The notes: generated from the letters alone by a model not told the origin. Numbered from the whole stretch's first letter, positions 24,146-37,060 are shown. The stretch: DNA of 60,746 nt, filler included, from Sphacelaria rigidula (GCA_964200075.2; 10 parts of 10 records of this genome joined end to end with filler, not necessarily neighbours in it); one strand, 5' to 3'. Numbers and translations: made by a program.

Positions 24146-24755
24146 TGACGGCAGTTGTGCGCATGCTGCAAGAACACGCGCGGTGGTCCAAACTGCAGTA
24201 GCCGACGGTATGTAACACCCCCATGTACGCAAAGTTACGGNNNNNNNNNNNNNNNNNNNNNNNNNNNNNNNNNNNNNNNNNNNNTTAATTAATTAANNNN
24301 NNNNNNNNNNNNNNNNNNNNNNNNNNNNNNNNNNNNNNNNGGGAGGGGTCAAAAATCCAAAGACAACGAAAAAAAGCGACACCCCCCCCCCCCCCACCCC
24401 CCCCCCCTTTCCCTCCCTTTGCTATCTCTTCTACTCTTGTTCAGTTCGATTTTTCATCAACCTGAGCATGCACCAAACTAAATTTTTCATGCGTGTATGA
24501 GCACCCGAAAGTTGCTTCCACAGACCGTGGTCCCGTGGTGGTGTAGATAAAACATCGCACCCCATAGTCACCAATATTCGGATGAAGTCAGGTGTTCCAG
24601 TACACACGCAAGATTCTTTCATACATGGTAAGCACTACTGTAGTATTCCTTCGAAAATCAATCCTCTGTCAGAAAACGTTACCATCATTGTTACGGATAG
24701 CCTATCTCCCCCTCTTCCTCAACGGCCGTATGACCATGGCATACAAGACCACCGA

Positions 24756-24786
<31 letters not shown>

Positions 24787-25061
24787 TTCCCTCTCCTCTT
24801 CTTTTTTTTTTTTTCTTTTTTCCTCCCCATCCCCTCATTCGCGTCCGCACGACTNNNNNNNNNNCCCCTCTCCCCCCAGACCCTCCTACCCACACCACAA
24901 AAACCCCCCCACACCCCCCCCCCCCCCCCCCCCTTCTCGCTATTTTTCCTCCCTGTTTTTTTTCTTCATGACTTACCGCTGACCTCAGTCGTAGAGCGCG
25001 GGTCACTAGATCCTTCGTATCATTTTATTGTGTTTACACGCATGCGCGGTTTCTCTCCTCA

Positions 25062-25512
25062 GGCCGCTCCTTGAACCAGGCAAGAAATAATAATCTGGAG
25101 AATTGCCTCTTTGGAGCTTTTACGTCGTTTCACGTCCTAAATAGAAGAAATGGAGGCGGAGTTTCGACACCTTGGAATACCTTGCGGTACTCGTTGAGAC
25201 GGCTCCAGCACACCTGTGCGTTTTTCCGGTGGCTGCAGTGTTTTTCTTGCCCAAACTGGCATTTCTTCACGGAGACCGCTCAGTTTTTTCGGAGATCGGT
25301 GAAGCGAGAAAAATGCCAGTGTGGGCAAGAAAAAGACTGCCGGCAACGGAAAAAACGCACAGGTGTGCCGGAGCCGTCTCAACGAGTACCGCAAGGCATT
25401 CCAAGGTGTCAAAACCCGCCTAGCTCTCTTTCATTTAGGGCGTGAAACGACATAGTAGCTCTTGAGAGGCACTTTTCCATGTTTCTATTCTTGTCTGCCA
25501 CAAGGAGTGGCT
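25062..25512. mobile_element. Foldback MITE family B, PIF/Harbinger (Tourist)-like
   Basis: Ends GGCCGCTC / GAGTGGCT, arms of about 215 bp, flanked by TCA on both sides (3-bp TSD). Confidence 0.8.
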
Positions 25513-26074
25513 TCAGGCACAATAAGAAAAATATATATTCTTAGCAATCTGAACCCTTTGCCGCTGACAACGAAACAAGTTACGCTGGTGTTGTTATTGC
25601 CTTTTTACGCCGTCGCGCCAAACTCGAAACCCATACAGCGTCAGTCCCTTTGTGCGCAAATAGTGGTGACGAAATTTCCACGCCCATGCATGCATATTTA
25701 CTCAACACACGATACCGCACTGCAAAACCTGCTTGGCAAAAACCACGAGCATAGCCACTCCGTGCACACATAGACTCAGCTCCTCTCGCAAGCAGAACAG
25801 ACAGCGCGCCCCACTCCTCTCTTCAAACCGCGATTGTGGCTACAATACACATATGAGCGAACCGTTTCCAGCCCTCCATCAAAGCGGTGTTTTCTGACTA
25901 CATAACTCATGATCCCGACCACTTTCTTCGCCCACAGATGTGGTTCTTGATGTACAGCCAACCATAGACCGCTGCCCGCCATCTCTGGTGAAAACCAGGG
26001 GTTCCCGCTACACTACCTGGTCAACAAGGCTCCACCACGCTCCTGCAAATCGACGGATATCCAGGTACAAAAGC

Positions 26075-26483
26075 TCATCGCACCCCGTGTTGTACCGCCG
26101 CCGCCGCCCTTGGGTACCCTGTCTTAACCTTCACCTCAACTTGGATCGGCGGGTTCCTGTCGGCCGCCGCCTTTAGCAGCGCGCGGACGGCCGGCTTCGT
26201 CTTGTCCGATGCGTGGTACGTCTTGGTCGAGCGGACGAACAACGAAGCCAGCCGAGGTGCCTCCCCCGCCCGCAGGGCCTCGGTCAGCACGTTCAGTTCG
26301 CGCCTAGGCGTCCGCGAGCAGTCCATGCGCAGCTCCATTAGTCGCGGACACGCCCGGAGCGCGTGCCATATGTATAAAATACTGAACTCCGGGCAGAAGT
26401 GGTTGCCCGTAAAGCTGAGAGACTCGATGAGAGGACACCGTCCTGCTGACAGCGCCAACAGCAGCACGTCATCCAGGGGTCGC
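26075..26483 (-). CDS. Terminal exon of an RNI-like leucine-rich-repeat protein
   Basis: ALSAGRCPLIESLSF...ALRACPRLMELRMD...ALRAGEAPRLASLFV repeats. The acceptor CTTCTCAG|G is phase 2 and matches the donor at 29140. Confidence 0.7.
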
Positions 26484-29140
26484 CTGAGAAGTCGTGCATC
26501 GTTCACGGTGAGAGAGCGAGTGCGGTTATTTCGTCAGCCTTTCCCAGACACTGTACATGCGGCCATGGTATCTCATTCATCGTTCACACACTTGTTTTCG
26601 AGAACCGCGTCAGCCATTTGGGCAGTAGGCGGCGCTGATTAATCGATTGGTCGTCGAAACCTGTCAAATACATACGTCCTCTGTTGCGTGGGTAGACTTA
26701 GCTACGACAAGGTGAAACACACTTCATCCGTGGCATCCCACATACTGATTAAGCTGAGCCAAGGGCACCCGTAGAGTTCACAGCAAAAGACGATAGCCCC
26801 TACGGTTCGAAATTTGACATTTGTTTCGGAGAGGGGGGGGGGGGGGGGGGGGGGGGGGTCCGGGGAATTTCGTCGGTCCTTTATGTGTACGAAGTCGGCA
26901 AGCGTAGAAACGGATTCAAACTGCTACAGTCATATCTCATCAACGCACGCGAATTGGGCGGTCTTCGGCACATCTTGTTAATCATCTAATCAAGGGGCAG
27001 ATGCGCATCAACTCAACGGCCCGGTCAGATGCTTTTTCGTCAACTAAATGCTATGTCGAGAAAATCCCGTGGCGTACGGAGATATCTCGATACTAAATTC
27101 GATAAGAAGCCCCGTCACAACAGGATCAGCGGATAAAGCCGATTTTTGGTGTGAACACTGCTTGGAGCACGGGGAAACGACCGATAAGCTCGCCTTGACA
27201 TTATCCGTTCCATGTTGAGACATATCACGTTCATGGTATAATGTACTGAAATGAAAAATATTGTACTCAATGCCCTGAATCTTGGTTTAGCCATCGGATT
27301 TTGAGAGCGGTGCTGTGAAACTTGGTAGAGAGCATGGACGCAATGGAAAAAAAAAAAGCAGCAGGACACAAAAAAAATTCCTTGATGACTAAAGAGAATG
27401 TCTGTGAGAAACGAATATATATTTTTTGTCCCCAGCCCATGAGAACACAGACGCTCAATGTATTTATCATTTTGTATTATACCCTTACGATTCTCAGAAC
27501 CAAAATTGAAAGCACAACTCTCATAAGTGAGCTCCTCAACTCTCTGCAACCTACACATTTGTTTCTAGGCTGACCCAGCTCGTGGGGTCATTTACCAGCG
27601 TGTATATGTCGCCATTCTCCATGTATGTGATCCGGAATGAACGCACAACATTCAAGTAATTACGATTGACCATACTTGATCCAAGTAATAATATACTAAA
27701 GCCGAGTTCCTGATGTACCTGCATATGCTAAACCCAAGCAATCACGACGTTCAGCCTGTAGCCAAGAAGTTGTCGGCTCTTTATGATGTGTACGTTGACC
27801 ACACTGCATCCAAGTGATCATGAGTGGCTTCGTTTCATCCAAGTTATTAGTAGGCCCATACTCAAGTCAATTTCGGCTCCCGGTGTCCTGACTCCTGCAG
27901 CAGCGAGACTATGATGTTGCTGGGTACGTACATCAATACGTTGCTGTGCTCCTGCATGTAGCTGTTTGTAGCGGCATTTTACCATATACAATACAGCATC
28001 GCTGGAGTTAAACGGAAACTGTAGTAGGACCTTCTCACGCGAGAACAGCACTCATGCAGATCGACTGACCCCCACCTACCCAACTAAATATGGCGTGCAC
28101 TAAGTCGTGCCATTGCTGGCGGTAGGTGTTGTAATCTAGTACAGTGTTGGCAAGCGTTTGGGTTGCTTGTTACCACTGAACGCGTGGCATATGGTATCAT
28201 CAGCTAAGGAAAACAGAGAAGGTGTACCGTTCTCTTTGTACATGGGCGAAACGAACGGGGAAGCAGATGCATCAATCCATATGCCTAAAGTACTGTATAT
28301 TTTAGAAACGTTTCGCAACTGAAAGTTTTTTTTCACCCCGTCCGGGTTGTGTTTGTAAACATATAATATCCGACATTCCAGTTCACGGCCCTCGTTGGCC
28401 GAAATATTACCTCTCGCGTCAAACTGTTGGCTTTCACCACCGCAGTGAAAACGAGATCGGTTGCAAAGATTGCCATTTTATGCAGCACTTTTGGCTCGTG
28501 GGTCTCAAACACCAGGGAAAGAGATGGCACCTTCTGCGGTTGAGTGTTTCCACAGCATATGGTTTCGTGTCAAACAGTATCTGCTTTAGGCTCGAGGACA
28601 CTGAGGGTCCAACTGCCTCTGAAAAGCAGCGGTATGACGATGATATTATCACCGGAAACGAGCGGCACCTATCCTTTAGGAGGATTATTGTCGCCGGAGA
28701 CTTTTTGCCGTCATGTGCTTTGGTTTTCAAAAGTCGATCGTATGACCCAGATAGTAGAGCTTCTTCGACCCAAGCGATGTGTAGAGCCAGCTCCTCTGCG
28801 GTAAAGACAATCGGTGATACGTGAGTGTCTCTGTAGACTCGACCAAATGAAAATAAAACCACTTCCCAACGAAGAGCTTTTTTTGTCGGTCGAGAGGTTG
28901 TTCCAGGAGTTTCTTCCGGTTTCAAAAGAGGGGTTTGTCGCGAACGATGTGCAGAGATAGCTCCTTCACACCAACATGCAGCAAGTGACGCAGAACATAG
29001 TGCACGTCTATCGGAGATCTCAAGCGCCTCTATGATCTCAATCAACTAGGAGTAAACGTTTGAAAAAAGAAATATTCCGCAGAGCAGCATCGTCGTTGGC
29101 CCTAATTTACCCACCCCGGCGTTGCCATTGAACGACTCAC

Positions 29141-29523
29141 CTTCTGTGGTACGTCTGGCGGTCCCAATTCAGCACTCTTAGCTTCGGCACTCGCCCAGAG
29201 CTGATGCCTCGAGCGATTTGCTTGAACTGGTCTGGGTTCGCGCCACAGCGAGCCACGATGAGCTCTTCCAGAGCAGGCCAGAGACCAGCCGCTATCGCTC
29301 TGCCCGCTTTGGCTACGCCGCTAGGCCCTCCCACAAGCTCGACTCTGGTGAGGTTTGGCGCTTCTCTGTATTGCTTCCTAGACAGAGGTACCAGCGCGCC
29401 AAGAACCGCGGATACCCTGTTGCAGGAGGTAACTCCCGTCGCCCTGATGGTGATCGATCGCAAGGTGGGCGTGGCGTGCTGTATGACTCTCTTCACTGCT
29501 TCTTCCAGGGCTTCGTACCCTTC
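29141..29523 (-). CDS. Internal exon of the same LRR protein
   Basis: APNLTRVELV...AIAAGLWPALEELIV...GISSGRVPKLRVLNWD, with a polypyrimidine tract and CAG acceptor and an AG|GTGAGT donor; 383 nt, phase 0/2. Confidence 0.72.
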
Positions 29524-30425
29524 CTGTCGTCAGCGGAAAGAGAGGGGAGGGGAGCGAAGGAGTTGGAACCACGCCGTGCAGTGGGAGATAGCAACTTCGA
29601 GACGTTCCGTTTTAGCATTAGCACGACGCCCGTCGCTTTGAGAGGCACCGGCTATCAGCTCGCCCACGTCGTATCTAGGGAGTGGTTGGGGTGACCTCAT
29701 GCCCGGAAACGAGCACCGGTTCTTGCGAGGTGTTTCCTCGAGGTTGTACTTCATGACGTGGACACTCTCGACTGATCTGGGGGGGGGCTCGTCCAGGTGG
29801 ATATTACCCGAATATCTCAGGTGGAACACACTGTGCATACTTGTGCAGGCGCTATTGAAACTTGTAACAGCGGGGCTCAAATGTCAACTCAGGAGTCACA
29901 CAAAAAACGGACAAACACCATTGTTCAAGTATGCGTGAATGATCTTGGAGAAATATCAACAACACATCCCTGATCAGCGACGAAATAGATCGGGCCGGCA
30001 CGCCTGACGTGGTGCCCGCTTGAACGTTCTCGACGGCACTGCTCTACAATATGCACCCTCATCAACTCCACGCCCCACAAACCATTGCTCGGGAAGAAAA
30101 GCATGCCCCCCATGCACGCAGTCACCGTGTGACGAGACCAGATGCCAATAGCCTGTACCCGAGACAGAGTTCGGATGATGTGCTATGCGAAACGGCGTTC
30201 TCAATACCTTCCATCACGTGTAAACTTATTCTCAAAAATGATATACACACAGAATAACATCCGGACCTTCTGATCTTGTTTGTCAGCGCATCCACACACC
30301 GTGATCCTCGTGACAACCCTCCCCGNNNNNNNNNNNNNNNNNNNNNNNNNNNNNNNNNNNNNNNNNNNNTTAATTAATTAANNNNNNNNNNNNNNNNNNN
30401 NNNNNNNNNNNNNNNNNNNNNNNNN

Positions 30426-31900
30426 TCGTTACAGACGAGTACCGCGCATTTGTCAACATTCGCTGTCACTCTCCATTTCCTACTGTATTCTAGAGCCCTG
30501 TCTATCTGTGTCTATAGTCCTTCTGCTGTTCCTGAAATCCCCACAAAATCGTCTGCGAACATCAAACCTGATATCACATCTTCACCCACCCTGACCCCTT
30601 GCTTTGCTGCTTCCATCGCTACTATCAGGTCATGAATGAATACCTTGAAAACCGTGGGTGATAACGTACATCCTTGTGCAACTCCTTGTAAGATATCAAA
30701 ACATTTCGATATTTCCCCGTCTAGCATCATAGCACTTTTGGCACATTCTGTCATCTTCTTCACCATTTTCCAAGTCATTCCTCTGATCCCAGCTTCCCGC
30801 AACTGCTTCCACAGCCCATTTCTCCATACTGTGTCATCAGCCTTTTGGACGTCCAGAAAGAAACAGTACGTTGTCAGCCCGGCGTCTTTCCTACCTTGAA
30901 TGATCTTACCTAGTGTGTAGACATGGTCTACGCAAGTACAGTTTGGTCTGAAATCTGCTTGTCCCTCGCTGATTTTTCGTCCTTGGTATTGTTCGTCCTC
31001 TATCGTTCAGAATCTTGCTGGCCGCTTTCCCTACCGTGCTCAGTAGCGTTATCCCTCGATAGTTTCCTGGGTCAGCCTTGTCTCCTTTTTTGCAAATATC
31101 GACTACTACTCCTTCTCTCCATATCTTGGGTGTGTACTCGTTTTTCCCTATCCAGTTGTACAGCATAACCATCATGGTAATCATTCCTCCCCCCCCCGTA
31201 TTTCAGAAACTCATTCACTATTCCGTCTGCCGCTGCTGTCTTTTTGTTTTTGAGCTCAGCTACGCACTCCTTTACGTCATCTCTGGTAAATTCTCTCTGC
31301 AGTTATTTCGAGCCACCATCCTCCCCTTTTGACGCCTCTGTATTTGCTGCTGCCCACTCGTTGATCTCTTTCTCGAGTTCCGTGTCGAGCTTCGTGTTAG
31401 TTTTTGGTTTCCCTAGTTTACGGTAGTGCTTGACAAGCACTTTTCTCTTTCCCTTCGAACCGCTGACCATTTTGTCGTTCTGTGCCCGTAGTGTGGCTAT
31501 CCCGTTGTCTGTCTTTCTTGCCTGTTTCCCATAATCCCGTTTATCTCTACCCACATTTGTTTTATCCCGTCATCGAAATCTTCGTTTGTTTTTTTCACTA
31601 CATCTTCCCATGTTCCCTACTTTTCTTCTGTACCATATTTCTTACTTCCTCCCGAGCTCAAGTATACTCCTCGCATCCTACCGTAGTTTTGCTCGACATC
31701 CATCTCGCGTGGACCTCTTTCCTCACTCTGTTAGCCTCGTTTACGTCCTCATCCCGCCATTTTACTGCTCTGTTACATACGATAAGCTTCTTCTTATGAC
31801 TTTACTCGTTGTGTTCTTGACCAGCTGCTCCCCTCCTCCTATAATACAATCTTCGCTCTTGCCCGATTTCTTTCCATTTCGGTATCAACTGTACCTCCCA
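30426..31900 (-). mobile_element. Degenerate non-LTR retrotransposon (LINE, RTE/CR1-like) reverse transcriptase region
   Basis: KKGDKADPGNYRGITLLSTVGK, GVAQGCTLSP and GLMFADD motifs, broken by stops and frameshifts. Confidence 0.92.
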
Positions 31901-32355
31901 GGAGGGGGTAGGAGGGGGGGTTGAATAAGATGCTTACAGCTATGCTAGAAATCGTAAAGCTTACATACATGGCTCCAAACCAAAATGAAATGGTATATAG
32001 GGAATAACATGGACACAAACAAAACAATGAAAACAAGGCGGGCGAGGAGAGGAGGGCGACTCGGTACCGAGGTGGAAGCTGTGTCGGCGTGCCGCCAAAT
32101 TTTGCGCTGCTTGGACGCGTAGCGCCGAAAATATTTTCGGTGAGATCGGCGGCTTGCCACCGATTCGATTCGGAGAGTCGCCAATTATATTTGTGATTGT
32201 GAACGCTGAGGATACGCAAATACGGGGATCTGACGCCATGCGAACCCTGGGCACTACATCTGACTGCGGGTCGAATCTTGGCAGCATACGAATATCATAA
32301 AATAAGGTATTCCTGATTGCCGGCGGCAGCAATCCTTCCAAAAGGTATGTCATTC

Positions 32356-32440
32356 TTATTATGTAAGAGCGCCATTGTTATTATGTAAGAATGCCATTAT
32401 TATTATGTAAGAATGCCATCAGCATTATGTAAGAATATCA
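32356..32440 (+). repeat. Tandem repeat of about 22 bp, four copies
   Basis: ATTATGTAAGAATGCCATT-like unit repeated four times. Confidence 0.85.
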
Positions 32441-32855
32441 TACCCTTTGAACCCTTCATTTCGTGAACTTCATAGGCAGTGTCGAGTGTCCATGGTGCGT
32501 ATTTCGTATCTTGCAAACGTGTGCAACTCTCGAGATATGAATGTATCAAATTACATGCATATAACCAGGTTTGGTAATGGTATACAGTTTTAGCCCTCCA
32601 CTATGTGTTGCGCGCATATATCATGTTGTTTTCGATGGCCTCCTTGCTCAAAACATAGGTTTTGGAAAAGCCGTCGATGCAAATACGACGATACCGTAGT
32701 GACGAAACACGGCGTGTCACCCCCACACTTTCGCCCTGGCTGCCGCCGCCGACGGCCACCTACTGGCCTTTTGCCAAAGGTCTTGAATGCCAAAAAAACT
32801 GGAGGGACGTATAACGAGGCAATAATGAGGCATATGCATGTTAATGGTGACCCAC

Positions 32856-32971
32856 CCACGGAATCGAAAGTCTCCGTCTGATCTATCCTCTGCGGCCTAT
32901 GTGCCACCATCCATGCACTGAGCACGAGCATGTCCACCGCCACTAGTTGCAGCACCCAGATCACCAATTGC
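32856..32971 (-). CDS. Class C GPCR (7tm_3), third visible exon, TM4
   Basis: (R)QLVIWVLQLVAVDMLVLSAWMVAHRPQRIDQTETFDSV after acceptor TGCAG|G in phase 2. The donor is GTGGGT and its exact position is ambiguous by 4 nt. Confidence 0.82.
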
Positions 32972-33496
32972 CTGCACCCGTGAGCAAAAAAACAACCATA
33001 TCCAGCAGAAAAATTGCGAAAAATTGGGTTTGTGAGGTTTTCCAAGGACGTTTTCTCATGTGCATGTTCACTCTTGGAGAGAAATTGGCATGGTTTGGAT
33101 TGGCTGCAGCAGTGCACCATCGATATACGTTTGTCAGGTTCTACTAGGAGAAGCACCGTGCTCCATGTCATTGTGGATGCAAAAACTGAAGCGACAAAAA
33201 CAGAGAAGATGGCAACGGGGATGAGAACTCAGTCGACTCCCGTTGTTGTCGAACCCCGCTCTCTGTTTTGGCCGTTGTCCGCCATTAAATAAGGGCAGAG
33301 CTGCATCCAGCGTTTTTGTATCTAAAAAGATACAACCTGTTGAGCATTTTTTCAACATTGTGCGTCGAAGAAACCCCTAGGACGTAAATTATTTTATCGT
33401 TCAACGCACACATGTAAGGTTCAGGGGGCTCCCTCCACGATCTCATGTTTCCCCAATCCAGGAGAAACTTCGAGTGACTGCTACGGCGCGCGTTAC

Positions 33497-33574
33497 CTGT
33501 CCGTGATGGATATTCGGGATATCTTCGGACTGTTGAAGATCCGATGCACCCGGTATGTCTTGAGGTATAAACAA
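33497..33574 (-). CDS. Class C GPCR (7tm_3), second visible exon, TM3 end and ICL2
   Basis: (S)CLYLKTYRVHRIFNSPKISRISITD(R) carries the class C KTxRxxxIF motif. Bounded by TCCAG| and |GTAACG; 78 nt, phase 2/2. Confidence 0.85.
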
Positions 33575-34139
33575 CTGGACCACACAGGCGGCGGAATCAT
33601 CATGCGACGTCAGCAGCGAGAGGAAAAATTAACATCGGAGGGACGACGTTCAGGACATGTGCATATACGACTAAGTCAAGACCCTACCCTATGCACGACT
33701 TACTAGTAGGGGTCTCCTCAGCGCCATCAAACGGACGTGGCAACACTCAGTCATTTTCGAATATTTATATCCTAAATATCACACAGACAGCAACAAAATC
33801 AGGTACTTGTCTCTACCTGGTAGGTCTTTGAACGAGCAGCCAGATGCGACACGCCGAAGTTAGTCTACAACGCTGGATGGGCCAAGCATGAGCTTCATGT
33901 TAAACATTTCAGGGAACATCATCTGTCTGGGGAAAAAACTTCCCTAATATCCTCTGACGGGGACGGCTTCCTCCTAACCCCCCCCCCCCCCCCCCCCCCC
34001 CGCCCCGCCCTCCCCCACCCCCACACACACCACCACCCCCCACCCGGCACTCGCCAGGCCGACCCCGGCACACGACGNNNNNNNNNNGAATATCCCCTCG
34101 GTGCGGGAAACCCCTCCTATTACCCCCCGCCCGCGGACG

Positions 34140-34171
<32 letters not shown>

Positions 34172-34229
34172 TACACACCATGAGTACACCCCCCCCCGTA
34201 CACACTCAGTGTTGTGCGACTGTTTGCAC

Positions 34230-34390
34230 CTGCTCGAGAAGGTGAGCGCAACGTGTAGAAGCCAAGGTCGCATCACGCAAGTCACGTCTGCTGGCTTCCC
34301 CACAAAAAGGATGGCGGTGAGGTTCAGCAGAATGCAGCCCAGCAGAAACAGCTGGCAGACGAAGGGTTGGCTGAGCTTGACAATGACGAA
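34230..34390 (-). CDS. Class C GPCR (7tm_3), first visible exon, ICL1-TM2-TM3
   Basis: FVIVKLSQPFVCQLFLLGCILLNLTAILFVGKPADVTCVMRPWLLHVALTFSS. Bounded by AATAG| and AG|GTGCAA; 161 nt, phase 0/2. Confidence 0.87.
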
Positions 34391-35136
34391 CTATTGAAGT
34401 TGTGTCGATCAGCAGACGAACAGAAAACAGCATTCAGACAAGCAGAGGAAATGGAGGGTCAGATGGCATTGTTGTTGTGAAAGCAGGTAGCCCGCGTGCA
34501 CTCAGACCCGTCGGGAGTAATTGCCGAGTCCCCTGTTGAGATCGAACAGTGTTTCGTGCTGTTGAAATTCGTGGGAAACGTTTAGCAACCGCGCAGCGTT
34601 TCAGCACCGTATCTACGAGCTGGGCCAGCAGAAAATTCCGCATTCGCTTCCCATTTCAAAACTTCTCAAGTTTCCCGAATCAATGCGACTTGAGCATATC
34701 GCTGTGAACTGCAGACCAACCTGGCAACACACCGCACCGCCTCTGAATGAAGGAAAAAAACAAACAAAAAATGTACTGCGTAATATAAAACCTTGAGGAC
34801 GGACGAATAAAAGGGAATCTATGATGTTTTGAACTCATGATTTCCACAACTGGAGTCTCCGGTATCACTTGGTTCGAAGGGGCGCGGCCGTGTCACACGA
34901 GAAGCGCGATGTGCCGCTCAATATGAGGTATTTCTGGCCACACTTTATCAGGATGTCCTGGACGCGCGCGCCCACAACGTTGTTCGAAAGGCAGCGCCTT
35001 TTGAACATTTTTTCATGGAGTTATAGCGTTTTCCCTGTTTGTGCTGAAACTTGAACTCGCTCTAACTTCCTCTTTTCTTATTTTCCCTCTCTGCACCCAC
35101 AATAGGGTTGCACCAGAGTAAGGAGAGAGGCCCTGC

Positions 35137-36410
35137 ATGTCGAGCAAAACTACGGTAGGATGCGAGGAGTATACTTGAGCTCGGGAGGAAGTAAGAAATA
35201 TGGTACAGAAGAAAAGTAGGGAACATGGGAAGATGTAGTGAAAAAAACAAACGAAGATTTCGATGACGGGATAAAACAAATGTGGGTAGAGATAAACGGG
35301 ATTATGGGAAACAGGCAAGAAAGACAGACAACGGGATAGCCACACTACGGGCACAGAACGACAAAATGGTCAGCGGTTCGAAGGGAAAGAGAAAAGTGCT
35401 TGTCAAGCACTACCGTAAACTAGGGAAACCAAAAACTAACACGAAGCTCGACACGGAACTCGAGAAAGAGATCAACGAGTGGGCAGCAGCAAATACAGAG
35501 GCGTCAAAACGGGAGGATGGTGGCTCGAAATAACTGCAGAGAGAATTTACCAGAGATGACGTAAAGGAGTGCGTAGCTGACATCAAAAAAAAAAAGCCAG
35601 CAGCGGCAGACGGAATAGTGAATGTGTTTCTGAAAGAGGGGGGGGGGAGGAATGATTACCATGATGGTTATGCTGTACAACTGGATAGGGAAAAACGAGT
35701 ACACACCCAAGATATGGAGAGAAGGAGTAGTAGTCGATATTTGCAAAAAAGGAGACAAGGCTGACCCAGGAAACTATCGAGGGATAACGCTACTGAGCAC
35801 GGTAGGGAAAGCGGCCAGCAAGATTCTGAACGATAGAGGACGAACAATACCAAGGACGAAAAATCAGCGAGGGACAAGCAGATTTCAGACCAAACTGTAC
35901 TTGCGTAGACCATGTCTACACACTAGGTAAGATCATTCAAGGTAGGAAAGACGCCGGGCTGACAACGTACTGTTTCTTTCTGGACGTCCAAAAGGCTGAT
36001 GACACAGTATGGAGAAATGGGCTGTGGAAGCAGTTGCGGGAAGCTGGGATCAGAGGAATGACTTGGAAAATGGTGAAGAAGATGACAGAATGTGCCAAAA
36101 GTGCTATGATGCTAGACGGGGAAATATCGAAATGTTTTGATATCTTACAAGGAGTTGCACAAGGATGTACGTTATCACCCACGGTTTTCAAGGTATTCAT
36201 TCATGACCTGATAGTAGCGATGGAAGCAGCAAAGCAAGGGGTCAGGGTGGGTGAAGATGTGATATCAGGTTTGATGTTCGCAGACGATTTTGTGGGGATT
36301 TCAGGAACAGCAGAAGGACTATAGACACAGATAGACAGGGCTCTAGAATACAGTAGGAAATGGAGAGTGACAGCGAATGTTGACAAATGCGCGGTACTCG
36401 TCTGTAACGA
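35137..36410 (+). mobile_element. Degenerate LINE RT region, near-identical inverted copy of 30426-31699
   Basis: Same motifs and the same stops and frameshifts; both arms are 1,274 bp. Confidence 0.92.
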
Positions 36411-37060
36411 NNNNNNNNNNNNNNNNNNNNNNNNNNNNNNNNNNNNNNNNNNNNTTAATTAATTAANNNNNNNNNNNNNNNNNNNNNNNNNNNNNNNNNN
36501 NNNNNNNNNNGTGTGGCAAGGTGATGGGGACAAAAGTATTATCCAAAGCCTCAAGTGGCGGGCGGCCCGCCGGTCGCCGTATCCTGTCGGAAGCTCTCTA
36601 CCGCGACCCATACTGCTTGCTACATCAGATGTACACCATTGCACCTGTGCACCTGAAAATAGACTGGATGAAACTTTCAGTCTTCGTCATAACCCTGCGC
36701 TTACATACGCGAATTTCCAGCAACACGCCACTGTTTCGTGCAGACGCCAAACACGTCATTCCTGACCAGCCTCATTGGTCGTTCTGGAGGCCCGGTCCCG
36801 AAAGGGTTAAACACCAACACCAACACCAGCAATGGAGAATGACAACAACAACGACGATGGATAATGACAACAACGACAATGGTTAATGACAGCAACAACG
36901 GTAAATAAATCCCCACCAATGCACCCGTCAACACGGTTTGCGAAAATACACACGGAACGGACGACATGAAGCAGCACCGACCCACCAAAGCGCATACATG
37001 AGCCACACCCTGCTCAACCAAGGCACTGCAGCAATTCGAGCAAGAAAATGTCGCTCTCAC

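Noticed and set aside
24758..24935. Poly-Pro/poly-Gly ORFs and C-rich tracts (also 24380-24410, 26833-26858, 33975-34200)
   Set aside because: These are homopolymer runs, several beside internal N gaps or contig ends, and most likely low-quality sequence or simple repeats rather than coding DNA.
26202..26642. Plus-strand ORFs at 26202-26642 and 29204-29694
   Set aside because: They are antisense shadows of the GC-rich LRR exons.
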